From Oceanispirochaeta sp. (GTDB lineage Bacteria; Spirochaetota; Spirochaetia; DSM-2461): a stretch of 64,000 bases of DNA. Location of the stretch: NCBI GenBank assembly GCA_963666275.2, contig CAXXOA010000001.1, positions 1,632,001 through 1,696,000 on the forward strand. Direction: 5' to 3'. The translations under genes were made by a program, and so were the position numbers. Every line of letters starts with the position of its first letter. The first letter of the stretch is position 1. Of the stretch, positions 1-9,631 are shown one piece after another. Under the pieces are notes generated by a model that was given only the letters and a program-made list of their open reading frames with translations, did no database searches and was not told the origin of the DNA.

Positions 1-1
1 G

Positions 2-583
2 AGCCGGTTTTACCATGTGGGTGGTCTGGAAGGGATCCGGCCCGGAATGAAAGTACAAGTTCAGCCTGTCTTGATGGATTCAGAAGGAACAGTCCGGGTG
101 GCCTGGAAGTATCAGGGCGAAGAGTTTGTCCATGAAGTTGAACCTATCCTGATGGATGAAGCTGGTTTCTGGGCTGATGCCGCTGTGATCGGAGAGTCCT
201 ACAGGTCCCAGCCTCATACGGTTGTGGACAAGGCCAATCAGAGGCTGGCAGAGGTTATCGGTGATGAAAAGAAGCCCTTTGCCCATCTGAACAATGGCCA
301 GGGGCTGAAATCCATCAGCGGTATGACCAGGACGGAATCCAGTGTGATCCATATGCCCAGAACCGGGAATGTGATCGATCCATCCAAAGCTTCCGCAGCG
401 GTTATCAACTATGTGGAAGCGGCGAACCGACTAAAGAAAAAAATGTCCCACTGGGACAAAGCCTATTTGAAGGTGATCAGGGATAACTTCCCTAATGGGG
501 TCCCCGAGCGGGACCTGGATTCACTTGCTGAGGCGTTAAGCGGCCTGGGAGGGGCAGATGATATTAAGGAGTGCATTGGATAG
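2..583 (+). CDS. Mu-like transposase, C-terminal part (5' truncated by window edge)
   Basis: Frame open from window start; lies directly upstream of and overlaps the MuB-like ATPase; catalytic core not visible. Confidence 0.7.
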   Translation, partial: SRFYHVGGLEGIRPGMKVQVQPVLMDSEGTVRVAWKYQGEEFVHEVEPILMDEAGFWADAAVIGESYRSQPHTVVDKANQRLAEVIGDEKKPFAHLNNGQGLKSISGMTRTESSVIHMPRTGNVIDPSKASAAVINYVEAANRLKKKMSHWDKAYLKVIRDNFPNGVPERDLDSLAEALSGLGGADDIKECIG

Positions 584-1661
584 AGCCGGAGCGACCCAGA
601 GTGAGCTTGCCGGATATTTGGGGCTTGCCAAGAGTACGGTCAGCCAGATTGTGAACAGGGGGCAATTCCCCGTAGGCCGGGAGCAGAAAACCCGGCAGCA
701 GATCAATGATTTTTTACAGGACAGGGGTGTTACCCCTTCGGGGCTCTGGAAAAACGCGGAGCCCGATACAGAAGAAGCCGAAGAGATCGGCCAGGAGTGT
801 GTGATGATAACAGCAGAAGCAAAAAGACAGTTCAAGCTTTTTAGAGATCCTTTTCTGGATGATGTAAACGGAAAAGAGGATGTGTATATGAGCCGGGATT
901 CCCGTTTTGCCGCCGAATATATGTACACCACCGCCAAACTGGGGGGAATGCTGGCAGTGATCGGAGAGTCCGGATCGGGTAAAACAACCCTGCGGCGCCT
1001 TCTGATCGACCGGATCAATACGGAAGACCTTAAGATCAAAGTCATCTTCCCCAGGATCATCGACAAGGAGCGTTTAACCGCCACCAGCATTTGTGATGCC
1101 ATTATCCGGGACTGTTCCACCGAAAGACCCCGGAGAACCCTGGAAGCTAAGGCCCACCAGATTGAACGGATCCTGACCGATTCACTGAAATCCGGGTGGA
1201 AACATGTTCTGATGATTGAAGAAGCCCATGACCTGACCATACAGACCCTGAAATATCTGAAACGGTTTTGGGAGCTGGAAGCCGGGTTTGATAAGCTCCT
1301 TTCTATCATCCTAATAGCTCAGCCCGAGCTGAAGGAAAAGCTGGACGAGAGCCGGAACTACGAAGCCAGGGAAATTATAAGAAGGATGGAAGTGGCTGAG
1401 ATCCGCGCCCTGGATACAGAGGCGGAGCTGAAAGGATACCTGGCCCTGAAATTCAAGCGGATCAATTTGAATGTTGAATCCCTCATGGCTCAAGATTCCT
1501 ATAAAGCCATTCTGGATAAGATGTCCCGCAAAACCAGGGGCGGCGGAGAGATCTGTCTGGCCTACCCCCTGACGGTGAACAACATGATCAAACGGGCCAT
1601 GAACACGGCTGCCGACATAGGGCAGGAACAGATCACGGCAGAAACTATCCAGGCCGTATAA
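558..1661 (+). CDS. MuB-like/ExeA-type AAA ATPase with N-terminal HTH (transposition protein B)
   Basis: N-terminal HTH (TQSELAGYLGLAKSTVSQIVN), Walker A GESGSGKT, Walker B LMIEEAH. Confidence 0.88.
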   Translation: MILRSALDRAGATQSELAGYLGLAKSTVSQIVNRGQFPVGREQKTRQQINDFLQDRGVTPSGLWKNAEPDTEEAEEIGQECVMITAEAKRQFKLFRDPFLDDVNGKEDVYMSRDSRFAAEYMYTTAKLGGMLAVIGESGSGKTTLRRLLIDRINTEDLKIKVIFPRIIDKERLTATSICDAIIRDCSTERPRRTLEAKAHQIERILTDSLKSGWKHVLMIEEAHDLTIQTLKYLKRFWELEAGFDKLLSIILIAQPELKEKLDESRNYEAREIIRRMEVAEIRALDTEAELKGYLALKFKRINLNVESLMAQDSYKAILDKMSRKTRGGGEICLAYPLTVNNMIKRAMNTAADIGQEQITAETIQAV

Positions 1662-1680
1662 ACACAAACCGGGAGGGGTT

Positions 1681-1821
1681 ATGGAACAAATACTTACAAA
1701 AGCGGCTTTGGCAGTGATTGTTCTGCTGCTTATTGCCTTTTCATACGGAGCAGTTCGATTGAACTTGAATAGAGGGAACGGCGGGTTTCCTGTTACCCGC
1801 AGACGGAGGGGAAAAAAATGA
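1681..1821 (+). CDS. Small single-TM phage protein, 46 aa (not in ORF track)
   Basis: MEQILTKAALAVIVLLLIAFSYGAVRLNLNRGNGGFPVTRRRRGKK; RBS GGGAGG upstream; stop overlaps next ATG (ATGA). Confidence 0.7.
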   Translation: MEQILTKAALAVIVLLLIAFSYGAVRLNLNRGNGGFPVTRRRRGKK

Positions 1822-2432
1822 TAAAAATAGAAGGAACCGAGTATATGAAAAATCCCAGGGGAGACCTTGTCCCTTTGGAAAATGTCAAACCTGTGGATGT
1901 CCTGAGGGACCAGACGGTAAAGAGTATCATCAGTAAAGCCATGGAGATGTCGGGGATACTGGGAGAGTTCAAAAAGGATGTCTTTGAAGAGGCTGAAGAA
2001 TTTGTAAACTTGAGCTTTGAAGAGTACGGTCAAAAGTACGGCGGGAAAAAAGGGAATATTACCCTGACCAGCTATGACGGAGAGTTTAAGGTATCTATTG
2101 AAATGCAGGATGTTATTTCCTTTGATGAGCAGCTGCAGGTTGCCAAGTCCCTAATTAATCAGTGCATTCATAAATGGTCCGGCGGAGCCAATGCCAACCT
2201 GCGGGTACTGGTGAACGATGCCTTTCAGGTGGATAAGGCGGGAAATGTAAATACACGCCGGATTCTGGAACTCCGTAGATTGGAGATTGAAGATGATGAT
2301 TGGCAGGCTGCCATGGATGCCATCTCTTCTTCCATCAAAGTCCTTATGAGCCGCCGGTATATGAGAATCTACCGGAAAAACTCACAGGGAGACGGATACT
2401 CCATGATCCCCCTGGATTTCGCGTCTATATGA
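1818..2432 (+). CDS. DUF3164-family Mu-like phage protein
   Basis: GGKKGNITLTSYDG and FDEQLQVAKSLI motifs typical of this family; early-region position. Confidence 0.8.
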   Translation: MIKIEGTEYMKNPRGDLVPLENVKPVDVLRDQTVKSIISKAMEMSGILGEFKKDVFEEAEEFVNLSFEEYGQKYGGKKGNITLTSYDGEFKVSIEMQDVISFDEQLQVAKSLINQCIHKWSGGANANLRVLVNDAFQVDKAGNVNTRRILELRRLEIEDDDWQAAMDAISSSIKVLMSRRYMRIYRKNSQGDGYSMIPLDFASI

Positions 2433-2851
2433 CCGATAGGAAGAGAAAGCTAGCATTGATTCATGTTGCCCAAAAGCAGCTGGCCCTGACTGATGAACAG
2501 TACAGGGCGCTGCTTTTCGGCGCTGCCGGAATCCAGAGCGCCGGAGAGCTGAAAACGGAAGTTCAATTTCGGTATATAATGAAAGCATTCGAGAACGCCG
2601 GTTTTAAAAATACATCGGGCAGGCGGAAGATGACCGACCGGAAGCTTGCCAAGTGTTACGCCATCTGGTGTGAACTGCATAAGATGGGTGTTGTTAAAAG
2701 CAAAGAATATGCTTTCATGATGAAATGGATTGCCGGGCGGACCGGAGGAACCGATGAGAGGTTTCTCCGGGAAGTTCAAAAATCCAAAATGATTGAGGAG
2801 CTGAAATCCTGGCGGGCACGTGTGGAGGGGACGGATGACCGAAACGGTTGA
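2429..2851 (+). CDS. gemA: GemA/gp16-like regulatory protein (DUF1018)
   Basis: Start MTDRKRKLALIHVAQKQLALTDEQYRALL; C-terminal IEELKSW; upstream of Mor. Confidence 0.8.
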   Translation: MTDRKRKLALIHVAQKQLALTDEQYRALLFGAAGIQSAGELKTEVQFRYIMKAFENAGFKNTSGRRKMTDRKLAKCYAIWCELHKMGVVKSKEYAFMMKWIAGRTGGTDERFLREVQKSKMIEELKSWRARVEGTDDRNG

Positions 2852-3152
2852 AGAAATGGTAATGAGTGTTGAAGCAGTGCTGGACGATCGGGAACTTTCC
2901 AAACAGGTCGTCCGGCAGATACTGAAAGACTTCGGGGGCATGCAGGTTTATCTGCCCCGTCCTGAATCGGCTTTCCGGAAAGATGATTATGCCGCGATCA
3001 ACGAAGCCTTCGACGGTACCAATGCCAGAGAACTCTGCCGGGAGTATAATATAACATTTAATACCCTCTACAAGATAATCCGTCAGGAGAGAGATCGAAA
3101 AAAAGAGGACCTTGCAAAAAAGGCCGCCAGAGAGCTTCCCTTTGAAGATTGA
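2835..3152 (+). CDS. Mor/C-family transcription activator
   Basis: FGGMQVYLP and FDGTNARELCREYNITFNTLYKII HTH. Confidence 0.88.
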   Translation: MTETVEEMVMSVEAVLDDRELSKQVVRQILKDFGGMQVYLPRPESAFRKDDYAAINEAFDGTNARELCREYNITFNTLYKIIRQERDRKKEDLAKKAARELPFED

Positions 3153-3189
3153 CACCATATACCTTTTTTTGTAGAAAATCGCCTGAAGG

Positions 3190-3212
3190 AGTTCATGAAC
3201 CGTTCATGAACT
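3190..3212. promoter_or_regulatory. 23-bp palindrome, candidate late-promoter regulatory site
   Basis: AGTTCATGAAC-C-GTTCATGAACT between Mor and the head operon. Confidence 0.45.
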
Positions 3213-3344
3213 AAATCTGTCTCCTGTCTACGGTCTCTATTGGCAATTCTCTATTCCTTTCTCTTTATTTCCATATTTCAGTAATTCAAATTACTAATTT
3301 CTGTTACATTACGATTTTCTCTGTTGCCCTTTAATCTGTGAACC

Positions 3345-4301
3345 ATGAAACGGATTATGCGCCTGGCAGTTGCCTTGAATTTTACCACTACAGAAGGGGC
3401 TTCTCTCCCCGATGAGATAGACTTGCTTCCTTCGGGAAAGACCGTTAAAGGATTGGACGGCAGAAGCTGGACCAACCCGGGAAACGACAAGATCATCGAC
3501 TTCTTCAAATCCAGGGGAACCCAGCTTCCCGTCGATATCAACCACTCAACAGAAATCAAAGCTCTTTCGGGCGATCCCAGCCCCGCCCAGGGATGGATCA
3601 CCGAACTCTATGAAAAAGACGGAAGCCTCAAGGGAAAGGTCGCCTGGAACGCCAGTGCGGAAAGTGAAGTCGGCGGAGGCCGGTATAAGTATATATCCCC
3701 CGCGTTCGTCTACAACAAACAGGGAATTATCCGGGGGATTAAATCCGCCGGTCTGGTCAATCACCCGAACCTTTCGGAGTTGGCCGCATTAAACAACGAA
3801 TCATCCGGTCAAGATGAGGGAGGAAATATGAAGAAGATTGCGGAAGCCCTGGGGCTGCCGGAGGATGCCACGGAAGACCAGATCCTGACGGCTTTGAACT
3901 CTATGAAAGAGAAAAACAAAGTCGCTCTGAATATGGCCGATTACATACCCCGTGCGGATTATGATCTGGCCCTGAACCGGGCACAGGATGCAGAGCAGAA
4001 ACTCAAAACCAGAGATGAAGAAGAGTTTAAAACTGCTTTGAATGCGGAAATCGATAAAGCTGTGGAAGCCGGAAAAATTGCACCGGCCAGCCGCTCTTTT
4101 TACGAAGAGACGGTTATCGATTCCGAAGGGCTTGAGAAGTTCAAAAAGTTTGCCGAATCGGCTCCCCAGGTTGTAGCTGCCAACAGCGAACATACCGACA
4201 AAAAGCCTTCGGGTGAAAAAGTGGCATTGAATGCCGAGGAAAAAGCCCTGGCCGATCAGTTCGGATTCACGGAAGAAGAGGCCCTTGCGGTCTACAAGTA
4301 A
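3345..4301 (+). CDS. Mu-like protease I / scaffold
   Basis: LPVDINHSTE, PAQGWI, YKYISPAF, SAGLVNHPNL, repeated ALN motifs; internal RBS and ATG (MKKIAEALGL) fit a scaffold Z. Confidence 0.9.
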   Translation: MKRIMRLAVALNFTTTEGASLPDEIDLLPSGKTVKGLDGRSWTNPGNDKIIDFFKSRGTQLPVDINHSTEIKALSGDPSPAQGWITELYEKDGSLKGKVAWNASAESEVGGGRYKYISPAFVYNKQGIIRGIKSAGLVNHPNLSELAALNNESSGQDEGGNMKKIAEALGLPEDATEDQILTALNSMKEKNKVALNMADYIPRADYDLALNRAQDAEQKLKTRDEEEFKTALNAEIDKAVEAGKIAPASRSFYEETVIDSEGLEKFKKFAESAPQVVAANSEHTDKKPSGEKVALNAEEKALADQFGFTEEEALAVYK

Positions 4302-4317
4302 TTAAGGAGAAATTGCA

Positions 4318-5229
4318 GTGATTATTACAGCAACAGTTCTTGAGAATCTCAGAAAGACATTTGTCAAACTGTTTCAGGATTCCCTGGCAAAAGCCCCCAG
4401 CCAGTGGAAAAAAGTAGCGACTAAAATTCAGTCGTCTTCAAAAGAAAATGCCTATGGCTGGCTGTCCAAATTTCCCATGCTCAGGGAATGGGTCGGTGAC
4501 CGTGTTTTGGGAAGCATGAAGGAGTCGGGGTATGTGATCCCCAATAAAAAGTATGAGGGAACCCTGGCCGTAGACCGGGCGGATATTGAGGATGACAACC
4601 TTGGTATTTACAGCACCATAGCCTCTTCCATGGGGCAGGAATCGGAAGACCATATCGACAGGAATATTTTTAAGCTCCTGACGGATGGTTTCGCCACCCT
4701 CTGTTATGACGGGCAGAACTTTTTTGACACCGACCACCCTGTTAATGCGGAAGTGGACGGTTCCGGAGCGGATTCATCTGTTGCCAATATTATCAACCCG
4801 GCAACAACCACGGAAACACCCTGGTTTCTGTTGGACACTTCCCGGCCTTTGAAACCCCTGATTTACCAGGAAAGGACCAAGGCTGAAATGGACGCAATTA
4901 CCGATCCCAAGCAGGATACTGTTTTTACAACAGATAACTACCTGTACGGCGTGAGAGCCCGCCGGGCCTTCGGTTACGGTTTCTGGCAGCAGGCTGTAGC
5001 CTGTCGGGATGCTTTGAACGAAGCCAATTTCAATGCGGCCTTTAAGGCCATGGCCGAGTTTAAACGGGATGGAGGAGATCCTTTGGGTTGTATGCCCACT
5101 CTGCTGGTTGTTCCTCCCGCTCTCAGAGCCTCTGCCAATGAGGTAATTGAAGTGATGAACAAAGACGGCGGAGCTTCCAACCCCAATTACAAGGCTGTAG
5201 AAGTGATGGTCTGCCCCTGGCTGGCATAA
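4318..5229 (+). CDS. Mu-like major head subunit gpT
   Basis: YGWL..FPMLREWVGDR, CYDGQNFFDTDHP, WFLLDTSRPLKPLIYQER, YGFWQ. Confidence 0.93.
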   Translation: MIITATVLENLRKTFVKLFQDSLAKAPSQWKKVATKIQSSSKENAYGWLSKFPMLREWVGDRVLGSMKESGYVIPNKKYEGTLAVDRADIEDDNLGIYSTIASSMGQESEDHIDRNIFKLLTDGFATLCYDGQNFFDTDHPVNAEVDGSGADSSVANIINPATTTETPWFLLDTSRPLKPLIYQERTKAEMDAITDPKQDTVFTTDNYLYGVRARRAFGYGFWQQAVACRDALNEANFNAAFKAMAEFKRDGGDPLGCMPTLLVVPPALRASANEVIEVMNKDGGASNPNYKAVEVMVCPWLA

Positions 5230-5240
5230 GGAGTTGAGTC

Positions 5241-5693
5241 GTGACTGAAGAAGATAAAAAAAAGCTGGAAGAGCTGTATCAGAAAAAAGCCGACCTGGAA
5301 AAAGCTCTGGCGGAAGAGACAAACGGCCAGAAAAAAGGCGGGATTACCCGTAGTCTGAACTCGGTGAAAAAGGAAATTGAAGTACTTGAGTATTCAGGCT
5401 CTGACAATGAATCTGGTGATTCAGGTTCTGCTGATGCGGATCAGGATAATAGAGGGGCTGATACTGAGTCCGGCAAATCCGAAGAAGAAGAGGATGATGA
5501 GAGGGTGTCTTCCGAAGAAAATCTCATCTCGGTTACTGTCCAGAGTAAAACCGGTCAGAAGTACCGCCGCCTGGGGCTGGTGTTCACAAAGAATGTTGTC
5601 CCTTTCAAAGTGACCGCCGAGCAGCTTGAAGCTCTGAAAAAAGATCCCTGGCTGAAGGTCGTTGAACCTGAAGCAAGAGAGACAGCTGAATAA
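5241..5693 (+). CDS. Mu gp35-like / HI1506-related protein
   Basis: Position after gpT; C-terminal YRRLGLVFT...EQLEALKKDPWLKV. Confidence 0.65.
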   Translation: MTEEDKKKLEELYQKKADLEKALAEETNGQKKGGITRSLNSVKKEIEVLEYSGSDNESGDSGSADADQDNRGADTESGKSEEEEDDERVSSEENLISVTVQSKTGQKYRRLGLVFTKNVVPFKVTAEQLEALKKDPWLKVVEPEARETAE

Positions 5694-6115
5694 TGTCTCT
5701 TTTGACCTCCCAGGAGTTCATCAACCGGAAGGATCAGAATGCTCTCCCCCTGGATGAACTGGGGGAGATTGATCTGGATCAGGTAACACGGGCCCTGGAT
5801 GAAGCCTCCGGCATTATCCGGGGATACCTTCCTTTTCTGGTGGATGATGAGGGAGCGGAAGTTGCTCCCCCGGCCAGATTGCTTCCGGCTCTGCAGAGCA
5901 TCGAGGCGGACATTGCTTTTTACAGGCTGACCGATCGGGTCTCCAGTACGGAAGATGACCGCAACCATTACAAGGATGCCATCAGCCTGCTGGAGAAATT
6001 CAGCAAGCAGGAGCAGGAAGGATTGGAAGGGCCGGGAACACAGGAAGCGTCCCTGGTGGAAGCGGATGCCGAAGGTGTAGATCCCCGGTTCTTTAAAAAG
6101 GGTTACATGGTATGA
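5693..6115 (+). CDS. Mu gp36-like head-tail connector (DUF1320)
   Basis: ALDEASGIIRGYL, DIAFYRL, YKDAISLLE. Confidence 0.82.
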   Translation: MSLLTSQEFINRKDQNALPLDELGEIDLDQVTRALDEASGIIRGYLPFLVDDEGAEVAPPARLLPALQSIEADIAFYRLTDRVSSTEDDRNHYKDAISLLEKFSKQEQEGLEGPGTQEASLVEADAEGVDPRFFKKGYMV

Positions 6116-6564
6116 GTCAGGCTGTCCTTAGCTGGGATTTGAGGGAGTTGGAAACGATCCAGACCGCATTGAACAAAGCGGGGGGCCGCTCTTTCAAACC
6201 TATGATGGAAAGCCTGGCTCTTGAAATTGAAGAACAAACCAGGGAGCGTTTCGAGACGAAAGAAGGACCGGACGGTCCATGGGATGACTGGTCGGAGAAA
6301 TATGCGGAGAAAAAAGCCGGATCCGGTCAGTCTCTTCTTCGGCAGGAAAACTATCTGGAAGAGTCGATCACTCACAATTTTTCAGGGTCCAATGGGGGAA
6401 ACGCTCAAGTAGCGATCGGAAGTCCGATGATTTATGCTGCTACCCATCAGTACGGAGATGATGACAGGGGAATTCATGCCAGGGCATATCTGGGGATCAC
6501 TGCGGAAGACGAGGATGATCTGGTTTTGATCATAAATGACTATATCAATGGATTGTTTGAATAG
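6112..6564 (+). CDS. Phage virion morphogenesis protein (Mu G / P2 S family)
   Basis: RFETKEGPDG.W, YAATHQYG, IHARAYLGI. Confidence 0.85.
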   Translation: MSQAVLSWDLRELETIQTALNKAGGRSFKPMMESLALEIEEQTRERFETKEGPDGPWDDWSEKYAEKKAGSGQSLLRQENYLEESITHNFSGSNGGNAQVAIGSPMIYAATHQYGDDDRGIHARAYLGITAEDEDDLVLIINDYINGLFE

Positions 6565-6571
6565 GAGAAGT

Positions 6572-7441
6572 ATGAAAAAGAAATTGTTGTTTCTGTGTCT
6601 GTTGCTGATCTCCTGCTTTTTACTGCCCGCCGGGGAATCCAGGGCTCATGTATCAGCAGAAAAAACCAACGCCGAGTTGAAAGAACTTGAGGAGGAATTG
6701 TTCGATGTTGAAGTGTATCAAAAACGGGACCTGGTGGATCTGTCTGCTTATCCTCATTTTCTGCTCTACAGCAGCTGGTATTTGGCTGACCCCAGTTTTT
6801 TTGTGGATAAAGATAGCAGTCTCAATCCTGATGGCTCAGTTCTCTTTATTTGTTCTGTGGTTGAAGAAAAACCTACCGGGGCCTCAATAGAAAGCGGGGG
6901 AAATATGGGTGTTTTGTACAACCAGATGCTGGATGAAATTGTTCAGAATATAAAAACATTTTTTACAAATGCAGGTCAGCCGAGGATAACTCATGACCGG
7001 CATATAGGGCCTTTTACCAGGGATGATGTGAAACGGTTGGCCAACCGCTGCCCTCAGGTGTTAACAGCCCTTCATGGGTTGGACCCTTATGAACAGTCGG
7101 ACAATCAGCTTCTGATATTTACCTCTTTTGTAATGACCAGAGGATCAAATACAAACAGGGACGGCAGGCAGATGCTGGATATGCTGAATATTCTATTGGC
7201 CTGTCTGAATCAAATGGATTTGGAGTGGGCCGATGACGGCCCGGAAGATGTCAGAGCCAGAAGTTTATATTCCGGAGCCCTGGGCGATTTGAATACAAAC
7301 CTGTGGGCCTGCCACTGGAAAATGAGAATATCGGGAATTACGGAAGCCGGAGTTGACTTGTTTCAGGATTTGCCGGTTTTTGATGAGTATCACGGCACTC
7401 TGGAAGTGGGTGATAACACGGTTGAAGAATCGTACACATAA
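6572..7441 (+). CDS. Putative gp37-like tail completion protein with N-terminal signal-peptide-like extension; alternative start at 6905
   Basis: Position before sheath; RBS and ATG at 6572 and a second in-frame RBS and ATG at 6905. Confidence 0.55.
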   Translation: MKKKLLFLCLLLISCFLLPAGESRAHVSAEKTNAELKELEEELFDVEVYQKRDLVDLSAYPHFLLYSSWYLADPSFFVDKDSSLNPDGSVLFICSVVEEKPTGASIESGGNMGVLYNQMLDEIVQNIKTFFTNAGQPRITHDRHIGPFTRDDVKRLANRCPQVLTALHGLDPYEQSDNQLLIFTSFVMTRGSNTNRDGRQMLDMLNILLACLNQMDLEWADDGPEDVRARSLYSGALGDLNTNLWACHWKMRISGITEAGVDLFQDLPVFDEYHGTLEVGDNTVEESYT

Positions 7442-7453
7442 CGGAGGATAAAG

Positions 7454-8914
7454 ATGGGTATACCATTTACACAGATCCCTGAAGGGTTGTTAGTCCCTGG
7501 TTCGTACCAGGAAGTGGATATGTCACTGGCCGGTGGGGGATCCAATAAAAAAATAGTACTGCTGATAGGCCAGATGCTGAGTACAGGTGTTGCAGTGGAA
7601 GGACAGGAATATGTTCTGACTTCCGAAGGCCGATGCAGAGAGCTTTTCGGAGAAGGCGCAGATCTGACAATAACTGGTTTGAGCTTCCTGGAACAGAACA
7701 AATACGAAGAAGTCCGGGCAATAGGATTGGCCGATAAGTCCGATGGGGTTCAGGCCGTTTATACGGTAACCCTGACAGCGGTCAGCCAGGAAACCGGTAC
7801 GGTCCCCTTATACATAGATGGAAGATCTGCCGCCTTTGGCATTAAAGAGACTGACGATCAGGTCACCATCCGGAATAACGCCCTGGCAGCCCTCAATTCC
7901 CTGAAGGACGGTCCGGTAGATGCCGCCGCCGGTGTGGAAGATGATGAAATGGTTCTGACCTTTAATCATAAGGGAGAAATCGGAAATACCCTGGATCTGA
8001 GGCTTTCCCTTTACGGAGAGAAAGTTCCTGCCGGTTTGACCTTTGATGTGGCTGCGACTACTCCGGGAAGCGGGAACCCTGATGTACAGACCGCCATCGA
8101 TGGGATGCAGGAGATCCGGTACAGCTATATGCTCAGCTCCATCCATGATGCGGCCAATATGGTAAAGCTGGAAACTGAGCTTGATAGAAGATATACAGCC
8201 CTTGTCCAGAAAGGATGCCGTTTGTTTATCACTCTCTCTGGAGATGCTGCCGCTCTGACCGCTTATGCCGCTGCCAACAGGAACAATCCCCATGTCACTG
8301 TATTGGCAAAGGGAAACAATCCCGAATCTGAAGCTGCCTGGTTGGGTCGGGGCGCCGCTATCATTATCCGCCGTCTGGCCGATGACCCTGCAGCTAACAT
8401 CAACGGGGTAAGTCTGAAGCTGGTTGCTTCGGTCAGTTATGACTTTGACACCCGCCAGAGCCTTCTGGAAAAAGGGATCGCCACGTATACAGTGGGGGCC
8501 GACGGAATGGCCTATGTGGAACGTCAGGTCACCATGTACACCGAAAACAAGGATGGCGACAGGGACACAGCTTATCTGGATATTCAGATTCCCGAGACAA
8601 TCGATGCCATCAGGGAACATATAAGAACTGAATGTACCCGGATTTATGCAGGATACAAACTGGCCAAAACATCGGAAAACTTCGGTGCCGGATCCAAGGT
8701 AATGACTCCCTCTCTGTTCAAGAGCTTTCTGCTTTCTACATACAGACAGGATTTTATCCAGGGAAAACAGTGGTGTCAGGACTTTGAAACCTACAAAGCC
8801 ACTTTGATCGTTGAAGCTTCGACTGTTAACGAGAAGACCCGGATTGATTACCGTCACAGGCCCCAGCTAATTGGTCAGTTTCTGATTGCAGCAGGTGTCC
8901 TGCAGGCTCAGTGA
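7454..8914 (+). CDS. Tail sheath protein (Mu gpL-like)
   Basis: IPFTQIPEGLLVPGSYQEVD start, HKGEIGN, ERQVTMYTEN..GDRDTAYLDI. Confidence 0.92.
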   Translation: MGIPFTQIPEGLLVPGSYQEVDMSLAGGGSNKKIVLLIGQMLSTGVAVEGQEYVLTSEGRCRELFGEGADLTITGLSFLEQNKYEEVRAIGLADKSDGVQAVYTVTLTAVSQETGTVPLYIDGRSAAFGIKETDDQVTIRNNALAALNSLKDGPVDAAAGVEDDEMVLTFNHKGEIGNTLDLRLSLYGEKVPAGLTFDVAATTPGSGNPDVQTAIDGMQEIRYSYMLSSIHDAANMVKLETELDRRYTALVQKGCRLFITLSGDAAALTAYAAANRNNPHVTVLAKGNNPESEAAWLGRGAAIIIRRLADDPAANINGVSLKLVASVSYDFDTRQSLLEKGIATYTVGADGMAYVERQVTMYTENKDGDRDTAYLDIQIPETIDAIREHIRTECTRIYAGYKLAKTSENFGAGSKVMTPSLFKSFLLSTYRQDFIQGKQWCQDFETYKATLIVEASTVNEKTRIDYRHRPQLIGQFLIAAGVLQAQ

Positions 8915-8933
8915 TAAATAAGGAGAAAAACAA

Positions 8934-9290
8934 ATGAAACTGGATTATGTAAAACGGATCAATGTTCCTTCTATTGGAGATATACCATTAAAGGAAGGAA
9001 CGGGGACTTTCCGCCCCTCTTCGGTACAGCGGGAAGACCATGATGCCGAACAGCCCGAAGACTCGGGGTATACCGAAAAAAATGTTAAAGCCGAGCTGAA
9101 AGGAACGGTCCTTTCCAACCCGATCCTTTCTGTGGAAGACATGAATTTTGCCGGTGAGAATGTCACGGTCGTTCTGGCTTCCGGCAAAGAGTATATGATG
9201 CCTGCGGCCTATGCTTCCGAACCGGTTGAACTGAGTAAAGGGGAGATGTCCCTGCAGATCAATAGTGCAATCAGCGAGAGGATAAGCTGA
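8934..9290 (+). CDS. Tail tube protein
   Basis: 118 aa directly after sheath; VVLASGKEYMMPAAY. Confidence 0.8.
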   Translation: MKLDYVKRINVPSIGDIPLKEGTGTFRPSSVQREDHDAEQPEDSGYTEKNVKAELKGTVLSNPILSVEDMNFAGENVTVVLASGKEYMMPAAYASEPVELSKGEMSLQINSAISERIS

Positions 9291-9631
9291 TGAAGAAACT
9301 GACACTGAACACGCCTGTTTCAAAGGGGGAACGGACCATATCGGAGCTGAAGTTTTCCGATGCCAAGGTCCGCCACATGACAGCTATTGACGGCTTTGAA
9401 GATAAAAACGGTTACGGAGCGGATCTTGCTTTGGCATCCTCTCTAACAGGGGAACCTGTTTCTATACTGGGAGAGGTTGAGCCGGAAGATTGGGTAAAGG
9501 TCAGAGAGATCCTGACGGAAGTTTATGCCCGGTTTATGGGCCTTTCCCTGGAAGAACTTCAGGAGGCCTCTGACCCCCCGGCCCAGCCGGAGGACAGCGA
9601 AGCCTCCGGAGAGTCATCGACGAAACCATAG
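9290..9631 (+). CDS. Tail assembly chaperone (Mu gp41 / P2 E-like)
   Basis: LTLNTPV...ISEL; between tube and TMP. Confidence 0.8.
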   Translation: MKKLTLNTPVSKGERTISELKFSDAKVRHMTAIDGFEDKNGYGADLALASSLTGEPVSILGEVEPEDWVKVREILTEVYARFMGLSLEELQEASDPPAQPEDSEASGESSTKP

